The translations under genes and the position numbers were made by a program. From Felis catus (Eukaryota): a stretch of 64,000 bases of DNA. Positions 36,985 through 49,476 of this stretch are shown here, in pieces; the first letter of the stretch is position 1, and each line of letters starts with the position of its first letter. The notes below the pieces were generated by a model. That model had not been told where the DNA came from, did not search any database, and saw only the letters and a program-made list of their open reading frames with translations. The DNA lies in contig NC_058368.1 of assembly GCF_018350175.1 (NCBI RefSeq), positions 74,960,001-75,024,000 of the forward strand, in the 5' to 3' direction.

Positions 36985-37040
36985 AATTCAATTCAATTCA
37001 ATTCAATTCAATTCAATTCAATTCAAATCAATTCAATTCA
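36985..37040. repeat. (ATTCA)n pentanucleotide repeat
   Basis: Direct read; flanked by ttcaaggaa on both sides. Confidence 0.92.
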
Positions 37041-37599
37041 AGGAATTTCTAAATGGAATCCTCACAGCTCCTTGTTATGGTTGTTCTTCTTCATTTAACA
37101 TCATTGCTATTATATATGGTATTGCTATTTATCATTTGATATTCCATTAAGCATATGAAGGTGATTTCTAAGTCTCATTGGAGTGATATTACCTTTTGTA
37201 CCCCATTACTTCTCCCCTTACCTTTTTGCGGGGGGGGGGGGGAAGGGGGGAGCGTGGCAAGAATGGATAGATGTGTCCATTCATGATGAGCATTTTAGGC
37301 TAACGGGATGAAGGTGGGGGAAAACCTTTAGTGAATTACATTTATAACTAGAATTCACTTCAGAAACAAAATTTAGTCAAAATGGAAGACCCAAACAAGA
37401 ATTAACCTAATAATTTAGTAACAAGCAACACAGCGAACATAAGTATATTTTAAAATTATTTGTTCATACTACCTTCTCCGGGAAGATTCTCCAGAGCTCT
37501 ATTGACTGGGATAAGTTCCCCGGCACTGATTCATAAATGCATCCATTTATTCATGTGTATAAATCCATCAAAAATGTATCACTTAGTATTCCAATTAAC

Positions 37600-37720
37600 T
37601 TGTTTACTAGACCTTGCTCTTTGAGAAAGAAATCTGAGTTTTTTACCCAGTCGGCCTCAGTATCTACTCAGTGCTGGTAAAGGGCATGCTGAATAAATAT
37701 TTGCTAAATGAATGAATAAC
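37600..37720 (+). mobile_element. L2 3' terminus fragment
   Basis: tactagaccttgctctttgag...tgctgaataaatatttgctaaatgaatgaat. Confidence 0.6.
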
Positions 37721-37752
37721 TATGCATTAAACTGGAGTTTTAAACTAGTAGT

Positions 37753-37983
37753 TTTTTTAATTTATTTTTTTATTTTTTTAACGTTTATTTATTTTTGAGA
37801 CAGAGAGAGACAGAGCATGAACGGGGGAGGGTCAGAGAGAGAGGGAGACACAGAATCTGAAACAGGCTCCAGGCTCTGAGCTGTCAGCACAGAGCCCGAC
37901 GCCCGGCTCAAACTCACGGACCGTGAGATCATGACCCGAGCTGAAGTCAGATGCTTAACCGACTGAGCCACCCAGGTGCCCCC
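37753..37983 (-). mobile_element. Can-SINE (SINEC_Fc2-like)
   Basis: Full element, gtagttttt on both flanks. Confidence 0.95.
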
Positions 37984-39482
37984 GGTAGTTTTTATACCAA
38001 CATTATACACATTATGAAGCATCTTCACCCTAGGGAAACAAAAATCCCTAAATAAATCACTAGCACTCAACCTTTCTAGTTTTTGTTTATATTACACAAC
38101 TCTTATGTTTTCCCTACTATATCATGTCATATAATCATTGTGCTATTGCATGAGGGATTTTAACAAACTATTATTTTAAAAATCACATGCACTCATATGG
38201 AACACAATAATCTGGTAGTTTCACTCCCATTCTTGTATTTCCTAGTGTAACAAGATGTTAATACTTAAAATATTGAAGTCAGATCTAATTGGTCTGATTT
38301 CCTCTCCACTGGATTTCTAATAATACTTTTTACCATTTGCCAACATTCAACATTTATGTCTATCATGACACAATGAACATCTCTATATTTGGTATGCCTC
38401 ATGTCATCTTGTAGATTATTTAGGATATTTAGCAAAAGACTAGAAACCTTTTATACTCATTGGAATAGTTGCTTATCACAGGATTAACATTTTTCTGGTA
38501 TCAATGATAAAGAAATACATATATGTTTTAGTCAAAATGGGATAGATGAATTTTTCCTTATCGTTTATTTCTAGTTAATAGACATTTTCAAAACCCTTCT
38601 TCAAACAATTCTATTAAGGGTGAGCTGCTTGATGGTAAAGATAGTTACCAGTTCTCTTGTAATCATTTGCTTCTGAAAAACAAGGGTCCACAAATATTTA
38701 AAGAACTAACATGAACTGAATTAGCCAGCTCATGTCACTTTGGAAGGCAACTTGAGAAAGCGCTGCGTATCTTTGGAACCACATGCTTTGGGACTTTTTG
38801 GTGTCTCATATTCAGTGTTCAGCTTTCTCTTGGCATGAGAATATTTGTAATCAATATTGTTGACATTTTTCTCCTAGCAGTAGATAGAGGTAATGTGTTC
38901 TTGATGTCAAAACTGAAACTGTCAACAATTTGTGGCAATATATGATCAAGTGGAGGCTTTGAAATGATGTTCCCAGGAGAAAACAGGTTTTCCTTCTTTT
39001 ATTTTTTATGAGCAGCTTGCTTTAGTCTACGCTATTATCTCAGCAAGTTGGTACCAGTATGCATTGGTCTGGAAGCTTGCCCAACAGTGGACACCATGAT
39101 TGTCCTTAGGAATGAAATATCCGTTCTTTTCTCGGGTAGATTACCAAGGACAGTAAATATGACTATCTGTGAACCAAATGTGGAATGAATCAGACTAATT
39201 TGCTGAAACTTGAATTTGAATAGTACATCAAATAAACCATAGAACTCGGAACCAAACCAAAATTTTAAGAAATAAAAGTATGACAAACAAATAAATCTTG
39301 TAAATTAAATCAAATATCAAATCAATATATATTCTGAAATGTAACTATCTGCAATTAGAATGTTAGAATCACAGAACTAGCATCTTTCCAAAGGATGATT
39401 ATCTTATATATATGGACTATCGGTTTTGAGTTAAAGAATTAAAGAATTCTGTTTTGTTATGGTGTTGATTACATGTGTTACT

Positions 39483-39507
39483 TTTAAAAATAAATTTATT
39501 TATTTAT

Positions 39508-39541
<34 letters not shown>

Positions 39542-39693
39542 CATGTGTGCACGCACTGGGGAGGGGGGTGCGGGGAGAGAATCCCAAGCAGGGTCTGCTC
39601 TGTCAATGCTGAGCTCGAACTCATGAACCTGATCATGACTCCAGCCAAAAGCAAGAGCTGGACTGTTAACTGACTGAGCCACCCAGGCGCCCC
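39483..39693 (-). mobile_element. Older Can-SINE with internal deletions
   Basis: (GA)n, gagaatcccaagcagg...gagccacccaggcgcccc. Confidence 0.88.
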
Positions 39694-40252
39694 TGATCAT
39701 ATATTTTAAATTTGACTTAAAAAAACACTTTGCTCTTTCCACCATTTGACTATTATTGAAATAAGTAACATTTTCCTCTACACATATTCCAATGTTTTTT
39801 GTTTGTTTGTTTCTGAAAAAAGAGCAGTAACGGTCTGGGAACATAAGGGAAAGGAGACGAGGAGTGGCTTGGAAGATGATCCTTTCAAGAATATTTTTTC
39901 TTCTATAACTTTCTTTTCAAATTCAAAGTCCTCTGTAACCGAACTATTACAAAAATAAATTGCATATGTGTGTTAAGTAACAAAAGTCAATGCAACAATT
40001 AGTCCAATCTATACACGTGTCCACTGTTCCAATAGACTCTTCATTACACAGATTAAAGTTATTTTTTCCTCTCTGCTGGAGACACGAGGAGAGGGACCTC
40101 TTCTGAAATTTGTGTTTGGAGATAGAGAAATGAAAAACTCTGTATGTTTAATACACTTTTGATGGTCTTCTTGTTTTGTTGGACTGTACTGTACTTGCTT
40201 TCCGTATGTGATGAGGAAGCAGACACTCAGACGCCTAGAAAGAGAACGTCAT

Positions 40253-40703
40253 CAGTTAGTCTGTTCCCGCTGGCTACTGTAACACAGCACCACCAACTGG
40301 GTGCTTAGACAACAGAAACGAATTCTCTCACAGTTCTAGAAGCCAGGAGTCAAGGTACTGGCAGGGCTGGCTCCTTCTGAGAGCTGCAAGAGGGAATGTG
40401 TTCCACACCCCTCTCTGTTTCTGGCAGTCTGCAATCTGCCAGGTTCCTTGGCTTCAGCTGCATAGCCCTATCTCCACCTGCACCTCTACACGTCGTTCTC
40501 TGTGTGAGCATGACTGTCCCAAATTTCTCCTTTTGTAAGGACACCGGACACACTGCCTTCATAGGCGCAGCTTACTCTGGTGTGACCTCATGTTAGTTAA
40601 TCACATCTTCAAGGCCATATTTCCCAATAAGTTTACACTCTGAGATATAGGAGTCGGGATACCAACATATAAATCTGGGAGGGGGACACAGTTCCACCCA
40701 CAA
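40253..40703 (-). mobile_element. MLT1B/C-like ERVL-MaLR solo LTR
   Basis: ggctactgtaacacagcaccaccaactgggtgcttagacaacagaaa...ctctcacagttctagaagccagga...ggggacacagttccacccaca. Confidence 0.85.
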
Positions 40704-43700
40704 TGGGGACAATTTCCTTGACTCAGGTTAGGGAAGCAAAGCTAGAATCGTTATTACATTAGAACTCATGGCATTTACTCTGTTCAAGAGAGCAGGTGAC
40801 GCCCACCATTTAAAAAATGGGCCCAACGGTCATCTGCATTTTTGCCGAAACCAGCTTGGGGGCTGAATGAGGAAACCAAATCGAAATGTAATCGCCAAGT
40901 TTGGAAGTACAGATTCGTAGGTAATGTTGGGATCGTTTTCTTCAATATTATCCCACTACGGAATGCATTACCATGGTACGTCATTAATGCGAATGCAGTC
41001 TGAAATATACGATGCTTACTTCGTAATATTCATCGCAACCAGCATAGCACAGCCATCTTTCCTTGTTCCTGTCTCCTTGCTTCCTGGTTTTTCTCATTTA
41101 TTTATTTTTCTTTCTTTTGAGAGACACCGCTCACAAATCCCTTCTTTAACTGTAATCCTTCTTCAAACTGCCTTTATTCCTTAGCTTCTGAACATTATGT
41201 CCAAAATACTTAGGACAAAAAATGGTAGACATGCAATGGGAGATAGAATTACACTCGATGTCAAAATAATGGTCTGAGATTTATGCTTTTGTGCAGTCAT
41301 TAGGTTTGAATTATTATCCACCCACTCTTATCTTTCGAAAATCATTTTAAGTCAATTACATGTATCAATTATTTTGAGTGACTTCCACAGGAAAACAGTG
41401 AAATATTTGTAAAGCAAGCTTGGATTTGTTCCTAGTATTGCTGAATTACTCAATGCTACAGCGTGGGCTTCCACTTGGAGTAATATACACGGTATTAATA
41501 ATTTATATTTTCAAAAATAACCTTGCCTAATAGCCTCTGCATAATACTAGCTCACCAGACAAAAAGGGATGATCCGTGTTTAATGAACTTTGAGAGGCAC
41601 TCTTTTAACTAAAACTTAGCTGTAAGCTTCCCCAGGAAACAATATATAGGTAAAGTGGATTAATTATGCCGGTATAGATGAAGTCCATTAATTATTCATT
41701 GTACCTGAAACATTTAGAATTGTCTTTCAAAAAATCTGCACGATTGAAACCACTGATGCTTCAAGCAAATTTAAAGGTGTGGTGATATGTACTTGAGATT
41801 TAAAAGACATACATGGACACTGAATTTATTTTAGAGAGAAAAAAATTAGCAGCCAATAATTACTGCCGCAATTGGATAATTGGGCAGGCAAATCGAGCAA
41901 TTTCAGTTTCAATTGGACACTTGCCACTTAACTCTGAGTTGTAATTAACCAATTTTAGGTATAATTATTTGTACCTGGGCTTTTAGGCTCCTAAAATGAT
42001 TCTACTTCATGCTTCAAAAACATGTTGCCTTGTTTATCGTTTCTTCTTTGGTCTACCACTGATTTTTTTCTGAATATAAAGCAATACCATCAGAGAGAGC
42101 CCCATTAATGCTAGTTACTTTAGACTGGAAATGTAATCCCTCAGCGGACCAAAGCTGTTAGCACACACACAAAATTGCTTTAAAAGCATTGGCTAAATTG
42201 AAAAATTAACTTCATCAAACAACAAGCCGTTTCAGTCCAAATAAATTCTTGACAGAATTGACTTCTTGGCCAATTATTTAGCGGAATTGATAGTTTGTTT
42301 TACTTAATTTGCCTGTCCATTTGGTGAACACTCTTCGAGAGTCTGAGTAAGTTGTTGCCAAACTCATGCTTGTAGGTCTGTAAAATAAATTATAAATATA
42401 TAGTACCACATTATGCCCTGTAAAATAGCATAAATGATACAATACAACTTTTAAATATGGTGAAATATCCCAACTTGATATTTTGACCAATGTCAGTTCT
42501 CATAACACACGGTTTTATAGATGTTTACTTGACTTTCTATGCCCAATGCTCTCATCACCATTACCGTTATCATTTGATTATATTTATGTGCGTATGGCAT
42601 GGGTCAGTTTTCTGGACAATAGTCCATCATTTTTTCTCAAACATCCCAAGTGTCTCATTTACTTCCCAGCACATATTAGGCGCTTAGCAAATATTGATTG
42701 ATCATCACTCTACCAAACAGGGACAAATAACTCTTATTTGCTCTCCCCTCAACCATATACTTTTTGTCATTTCACTTGTTTGTTTTTAACCAGAACTATG
42801 GGTTTAAAAGTAGAGCAGATCTGCAGATCATTAACAGAAGGACATCAAATATTATCAGATACCGGACACGGTAGTGTTAGTAAGTCTTCAGAGCTTACGT
42901 TCTCACGGAGGAATAATTGACATGTTCGAGCAGAGAACGTTTAGATGGTTTGAGAATGGGTTAACAGCCGGGGCTGGAGAGGTTACGGGAGACAGAGAGA
43001 GGACAAAGTACCCCTGCTGGCTTTTCATTGTCCTCACGCCACTGTACAGGGCTTCTTCCCTTTGGCTGAACCCGCGCTCGGAGCCAGATGACAGGAAAGC
43101 CTAACGAAGGAATCCTACAAGGACCAGAGCACTACAACGTATGACGACGGGGCGGGGCAAAAGCTTGAAATCAATGTGAGATTTAAATAGAAAACAAACA
43201 GCAGAGTTACCATTATAACTTTATCTAATGGAGATTTTTCTCCAGGATGTGTTAACTTTAGACGCCCCTTCAGCACTGTGAAAGATGAGGTCATTAGCTA
43301 ATGCCCTGCCTTGTTTTCCCAACAACCCTTCACATTTTGTTGATTCTTTTAGGAGTGTTTTCTCTCCCTTCTAGAGTTGCTTTTAATACCTCGAATTTTA
43401 TATGTGTGCCTCTGCATCTTGATTTAATCGTTTTAGATAGAACAATTTACTTTGGACCATGAAAAACAGAGAAATAATAACAGTTACCTTAATAGACCCT
43501 TTTTTCTGCCCTACAAAAATTAAATATCTTGTATTTTGTGACAATACCATTTGACATGTGAAATGAAAGAAAAATACTTTCTATTAGGTAATAACTTTAA
43601 TTATGTTTAATTATCTGTTCTATGTTTTGTGTGTTCATGATCTAATAAACCGAACACCAAACGCACAGCATTTATATGCTTTTGATAATTTATAATTTTT

Positions 43701-43861
43701 TAGAGGCCAGTTAACGTAGGTAGAGCCATATGGAGAGAAATGTAATCCCCAAACACTTAAACACCCCTATTTAAATATCTTTCTAAACATCCCAAGTTGC
43801 TGGGATCTTTTGTTTGTTTGTTTTACCTTAGTTTTATTTCTTCTGGATTGTATGGTACCGA

Positions 43862-44610
43862 GGTGAGCTGAATAATGGTTCCCCAAACATGTGGGCGTTG
43901 TTACCCTAGAACCTGTGAGTGTTACCTTCTATGGCAAAAGGCACTTCTCACATGCGATTAAGTTAAGGATCTTGAGCTGGAGAGGTTGCTTTGGATAACC
44001 CGGTGTCTTCGCAAGGGTTCCCCTAAGAGACAGGAAATATGGTGATGGCATCCGGGGCAGGCTGCCCCTGAACGTGCCACTTGCGGATGTAAACCCTTTC
44101 AGGCTGAAGATAATCAAGGCCCCGCAGACTCAGGAAGGGCTTTCTACCCTGCCTAAAAGAATTCAAATAGAGGACCTGTGCCAGGATAGAGCTAACACCA
44201 AAGATAACCCTTTTTATCAAAGAGACTCATCTGCACTGTGTGGAAGACATTCATTTAACAAACACCTGCTCTTTTCACCTTCCTGGACTTTGTCTTCCTT
44301 TTGCTTGAGGCTCCAGGACCCTAGCCTCCTGCCTTAGCTCAGGCTGTTGTGTGAGCCTCAATTATCTGACGGCTCAGGAGCCTCTCATGGCTTTGGAGGG
44401 CACCTGTACATGGGAAATTCAATGTGTTTTTCTTCCGTCAATCTTTCTTGTGCCAATTTAAATATTGAGCCAACCAAAGATCCTAGAAGGGAAGAAGAGA
44501 CACATTTTTCTCCCCAACAGAGGTCAAAGACAGAAAGAGAAGGCACCATAAGGATAGAAGCAGAGACTGTGGGTGAGCAGTCAGGAACAACAGTCTCCAG
44601 AAGCTAACAG
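43862..44610 (+). mobile_element. MLT1D-like LTR split by a nested ERV1 LTR
   Basis: gctgaataatggttcccc...gttaccttctatggcaaaagg...gattaagttaaggatcttgag (43862-44042); resumes gaggtcaaagacagaaagagaagg...gaagcagaga (44520-44610). Confidence 0.75.
44043..44519 (+). mobile_element. MER34-like ERV1 solo LTR
   Basis: TG...CA ends; ggctgcccctgaacgtgccactt start and cctagaagggaagaagagacacatttttctccccaaca end resemble MER34-group LTRs. Confidence 0.65.
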
Positions 44611-44798
44611 AAAAACGCATACATCAAATTTAAGAAATATCCATATGCAGTACAGTTCAAAAAGAACAATAAGCTTGAATGCCTTATCAATTTTAAATTT
44701 TAATAAATAAGACACTAAAACAATAATGTAAGTTGCCAATGAATCCAAGCCTGGCAGATGGCTTAAGTTACGGAAGATCCTGAATTCAAAACGATTCC

Positions 44799-45022
44799 TC
44801 AGAGAGGGAGGCAAATCACACGAGACTCTTAAATATAGAGAGAGCACACTGAGGGTTGCTAGAGGGGAGGTAGGTGGGGGTGGGCTAAACGGGTGATGGG
44901 CATTAAGGAGGGCACTTGTTGGAATGAGCACTGGGTGCTATATGGAAGTGATGAATCACTGGGTTCTACTTTGGAAACCAACACTACACTGTATGGTAGC
45001 TAACTTGAATTTAAATAAAAAG
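44799..45022 (+). mobile_element. Carnivore L1 3'UTR fragment
   Basis: gagactcttaaatatagag...ctgagggttgctagagggg...gggcattaaggagggcacttg...tgagcactgggtg...aacttgaatttaaataaaaa. Confidence 0.88.
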
Positions 45023-46196
45023 AATCTGGATATGGCTGCAAAAGATGAGTTAGAGTCTTGAAGAGAGTGTCACCACCTGTTTCATACCAGTCTCCCCTTG
45101 ACGCTGATATGAAAACAGATTAGAGAAGAAGGGGGTGGGGGCGTCGGCGAGGAGAATAAGAAGGAGAAGCTCTAACAAAGACTTACCCAGGATATCAGTT
45201 ATTTGTACATAGTGTCCTTCTCATATTCTAATTTCTCTGACCTTTTCGTTTATTTTTAACCGCGAAAGCACATTTTCTAATGGGTTGGCTTTAGTTTTGT
45301 CTGTATCCTTTAAACAAAAACCTGATTAAAAAGTGTCTGATGTCTGTCCACACGGAATTTGGATAGCACCAGTGAAGGCTGCCATTGACTGCGTTAGTAA
45401 AGTCAGACACTGCCCAACTTGACCTTGGATACAAAGCCAAGGGACTGGATTTGGAATCAACCATTTTGCTGGTCTAAGGCAAGACGGCCTGGGAAAAATG
45501 TGGTTTGCTGTGTGAACACTGCTTTTCCTCTCATTACTTCTTTTGACGAAAGACTAGATTTACATGTAATAAACATGCTGAAAAATATTTTCAAAATGGT
45601 TTTCTACAGGAAATAAATACGTATTACATTTGTTTCTATAAATCTATATGGAGAACAAAAACTTCAGCCTTCGGATACTTCAAAACGCTAAAAGCTGTTC
45701 GATACCACAGCTTATGACTTATTTTCCTAAAATATAACCTTATATCGTGTTAAATCAATTATTGTGACACAATTTTCTACCACATTTTCTTCAACTCTAA
45801 ATCTTATAAGATAAACACTTGACATTTAATGAAGATGTGTTATTCTGTTCCTATAGAAGTATAAGAATAAAAATATACTTTGTGTTGATGTACAGCTAGC
45901 TCGAAGATAGATCTCTTCCTGACAAGGATAAGGTCACTTGTCATAAAATTGTATTTGCTGTCTGAAAAGTGATATGTAACCAGTGAAAAAGTAAAACCAT
46001 TTAAAACTTTAGATGTGTGATAGAGATACTGACCTTTTCTTCTACCAGATTATGTATACATCAGTTACCTTCTATTTTCTCAAATTATGAATATATTTGA
46101 AAAGGCAATCTCTGTCACAATTGGTACTTTTTTTTATTATCTGGCTATAAATGCATTGTAATTTGCAATTCTAATATTTAAGAAGTAAACTTTCTT

Positions 46197-46413
46197 TTCA
46201 ACGTTTTTTTTTATTTATTTATTTTTGGGACAGAGAGAGACAGAGCATGAACGGGGGAGGGGCAGAGAGAGAGGGAGACACAGAATCGGAGAAACAGGTT
46301 CCAGGCTCCGAGCCATCAGCCCAGAGCCTGACTCGGGGCTCGAACTCACGGACCGCGAGATCGTGACCTGGCTGAAGTCGGACACTTAACCGACTGCGCC
46401 ACCCAGGCGCCCC
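46197..46413 (-). mobile_element. Young SINEC_Fc-type Can-SINE
   Basis: Perfect TSD aagaagtaaactttctt at 46180-46196 and 46414-46430. Confidence 0.97.
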
Positions 46414-47281
46414 AAGAAGTAAACTTTCTTAAAGCAAAGAAACTTTCACCTGTAAGAGATTTCGGAAAAGAAATGTATTTTCCGTTATGAATGCAAAATA
46501 AGTTTAGGGATCTTTGCTTCTTTTGAAATCATGCAAAGCAAAATTTCTAGAAAGTAAAACTAGAATTTCTAGTTTTACAAGTAAAGCTTGTAAAAATGGG
46601 TAATTAAAATAGAGATTAAAAAGGCAGACTGAAGAGCAGCATGTATGGAATAATACTATTTTTAAAACAAATCATTAAAATATTTCCTTTTTATATTTAT
46701 TTACATATATCTAAACCTTCCAAGTAACATATAGGAATATGAAATTGGAAACAAGTGATGCTTACAATTATCCAAGTTGTGATGCTGTTTATTATTTATT
46801 TTTTAATGTATTTTAGTAGGTGTTGTAAGTTTCCAGTAGTAAGCAAGCATTAGGTATAAAATTACGAAATAGTATGCCAAAACAAAGTTTAAACCAGCCT
46901 GTTTTAAGATTACAAATTGTTGTTTTGAATTTTAATAATTTTTCAGGACTTATACTTTAAACATCCTTCATTTCTCTCTCTCTCCTTGGGTTCTGTATTG
47001 GGTAAGGTTAAGACAATTGAGATGGGAATTTAGAAATTCCCAATTGGTGTCTTAAATCAGTGATATTTTGGGTGACCTTAGATGTTTCTTAATTATAGAC
47101 ATAGGTTTAAAGTCAAAAAGATCTTTTTCCAAATTTTCGTTGCTTCTGCATTTATTTAGTACTTTTTTAGAACCATTTTTAATAAATAATAAAGCTTTAT
47201 GGTGATTTTGTTTAAATATGAAGAAAACAATCCTACTACTTATAGATAACTATTGGAAATAATCCTTTGAATGTCCTTTCT

Positions 47282-47425
47282 TAATATATATATATATATA
47301 CATATTATTAATATATATATATATATATACACACACAGAGAGAGAGAGAGAGACAGAGAGAGAGAGGGAGAGAGAGAGAGGGAGAGAGGGATTATGAGCA
47401 CAGGGTTTTTTTTTTTTTTTTTTTG
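47282..47425. repeat. Compound (TA)n(CA)n(GA)n plus poly-T
   Basis: Direct read. Confidence 0.9.
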
Positions 47426-47599
47426 TAGTTGTTGTTTTATTTCCAGACATATCTCCAGCACCTAGAATGGCGTCTGATCCATACTGATGGCCACCACCAT
47501 TTGTTGAATTAATTAAATGAAATTTTGCATATTCCTTTTTTCCATCAAATTATATTCTAAATGATTTCCCCATATCTTTAACTACTGTTAACAACTCTA

Positions 47600-47820
47600 A
47601 TATTTTTAAAATATTTCTTTATTTATTTTTGAGAGAGAGAGAGAGAGAGAGATCACAAGCAGGGGAGGGGCAGAGAGAGAGGGAAACACAGAATCCCAAC
47701 CAGGCTCCAGGCTCTGCCTTATCAGTGCAGAGTCCGACATGGGGTCCAACCCATGAACCATGGGATCATGACCTGAGCCAAAGTCTGATGCTTAACTGAC
47801 TGAGCCACTCAGATGCCCCC
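47600..47820 (-). mobile_element. Can-SINE
   Basis: tttatttatttttgagagag...gagccactcagatgccccc. Confidence 0.92.
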
Positions 47821-47905
47821 ACAACCCTTAGTTTTAAATGAACATTTTCTTCTCCACTTTGTAAATTCTGCCTTCCAGAGGAAACCATTATCCATAGTTG
47901 AGTGT

Positions 47906-48107
47906 GGGGGCGTCTGGGTGGCTCAGCTGGTCAAGCTTCCCACTTTGTCTCTCATGACCTCACAGTTCACTGGTTTGAGCCCTGTGTTGGGCTCTGTGCT
48001 GACAGTTCAGAGCCTGGAGCCTGCCTGGGATTCTGCATCTCCCTCTCTCTCTGCCCCTCTGCCACTCCCACTCTCTCTGTCTCTCTCAAAAATAAACATT
48101 AAAAAAT
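47906..48107 (+). mobile_element. Can-SINE
   Basis: gggggcgtctgggtggctcagc; TSD tagtt(g/t)agtgtg. Confidence 0.92.
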
Positions 48108-48299
48108 TAGTTTAGTGTGTTTCTCTATCACCATGCTTTCAGATGCAAACACCAGACCCCTGGTAATATGTCTAAAGCAATAAAACTCAGGTGTGTGAAA
48201 TCGCAGGTGCCATGGCCAGTTGAGGGCATGCCCTTGTCGGGACTTGCTTGTCCTCAGCACGACTCTCCCATCTACACCCTTCCTCATGTGTTGACCTCA

Positions 48300-48950
48300 G
48301 ACTGACCTTTCCCAATAGCAAAATCACAGAACATTGACAAGGCCTCACCACCTGATGGCTTCCAAAGCAAGAGAGAGCTCCTCCAACCCATCAAGATGAC
48401 TTTAATCTCCACTTTGAGAAGGGAGAGACCCTGCCTTCACTATTAGGATGTACAAAGGCACCTTCCTAGTTTTCCTAGACAAGTGTTTCACTCTTTGCTC
48501 CGGGAACTTCTTGCCCAAGAAGCCAACCCTGTAAACCAGTCAATAATGCCTTGTTTGCTGATGAATTACTCAACCCGTTCCCTTTTGAAGACTATATTTT
48601 GTTCACTGGGGCAAATGGCCTTTTTCTCAGGATAACAGATCATTTGGCTGAGCAAACCGTGCAACTCACCAAAACACAGTTGATTACTCAAGATTCTCTC
48701 AAGGTCTTCACTTCACTTTATGCATCCGTCTTAAACTAATATTTAATACACTTTGCCCCGTGCTCCTGAGACCGCTGTCATGAAAGGCCTGATTTAAGCC
48801 CTCAGACCCAGAGTGTGAAACCCAACTCTGATTTTCCTATTCTGAGATGATACTAAGACTTAGTAAAGGTGGTCCTCTCCGCGTTGTTGCGGACATGAAC
48901 TCAGCGTCCATGACCCACAGATATTCTAGTAGCCTTCTTGAAAATCAGCA
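48300..48950 (+). mobile_element. ERV1 LTR, MER31/MER67/MER110-like (5' boundary uncertain)
   Basis: ttctgagatgatactaagacttagtaaaggtggtcctctcc...aactcagc...cagca resembles the recalled 3' end of this LTR group. Confidence 0.5.
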
Positions 48951-49235
48951 CCTGGCAGTTTTGGTGGAACCATGGCCAGGATTCAATGCAGAGATTGTTC
49001 TACATTTCTGTCTAGACCTAAGTTTCTCCCTTTCTCAAGGAACATGACACCAGTGTCAACAACCACAACATACATACATGCATCCCTTCAAACATCTCTC
49101 TCTCTTTCTCTAAATTCTTAATCACATACCAGCTATTCACCTAATCGTCCTCGGCGAAATCGACGTGAAGATTAAAAAGAAATCATCTGTGTGCTAGAAC
49201 AAATCTAGCTGAACATTTCTAGAAATCGTAAAACA

Positions 49236-49476
49236 GGGGCGCCTGGGTGGCGCAGTCGGTTAAGCGTCCGACTTCAGCCAGGTCACGATCTCGCGGTCCG
49301 TGAGTTCGAGCCCTGCGTCAGGCTCTGGGCTGATGGCTCAGAGCCTGGAGCCTGTTTCCGATTCTGTGTCTCCCTCTCTCTCTGCCCCTCCCCCGTTCAT
49401 GCTCTGTCTCTCTCTGTCCCAAAAATAAATAAACGTTGATAAAAAAATTAAAAAATAAAATAAAAAATAAAAAAAA
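49236..49476 (+). mobile_element. Young SINEC_Fc-type Can-SINE
   Basis: Perfect TSD agaaatcgtaaaaca at 49221-49235 and 49477-49491; long A tail. Confidence 0.97.

Noticed and set aside
37229..37251. Poly-G run as a functional G-quadruplex
   Set aside because: Simple homopolymer with no supporting context
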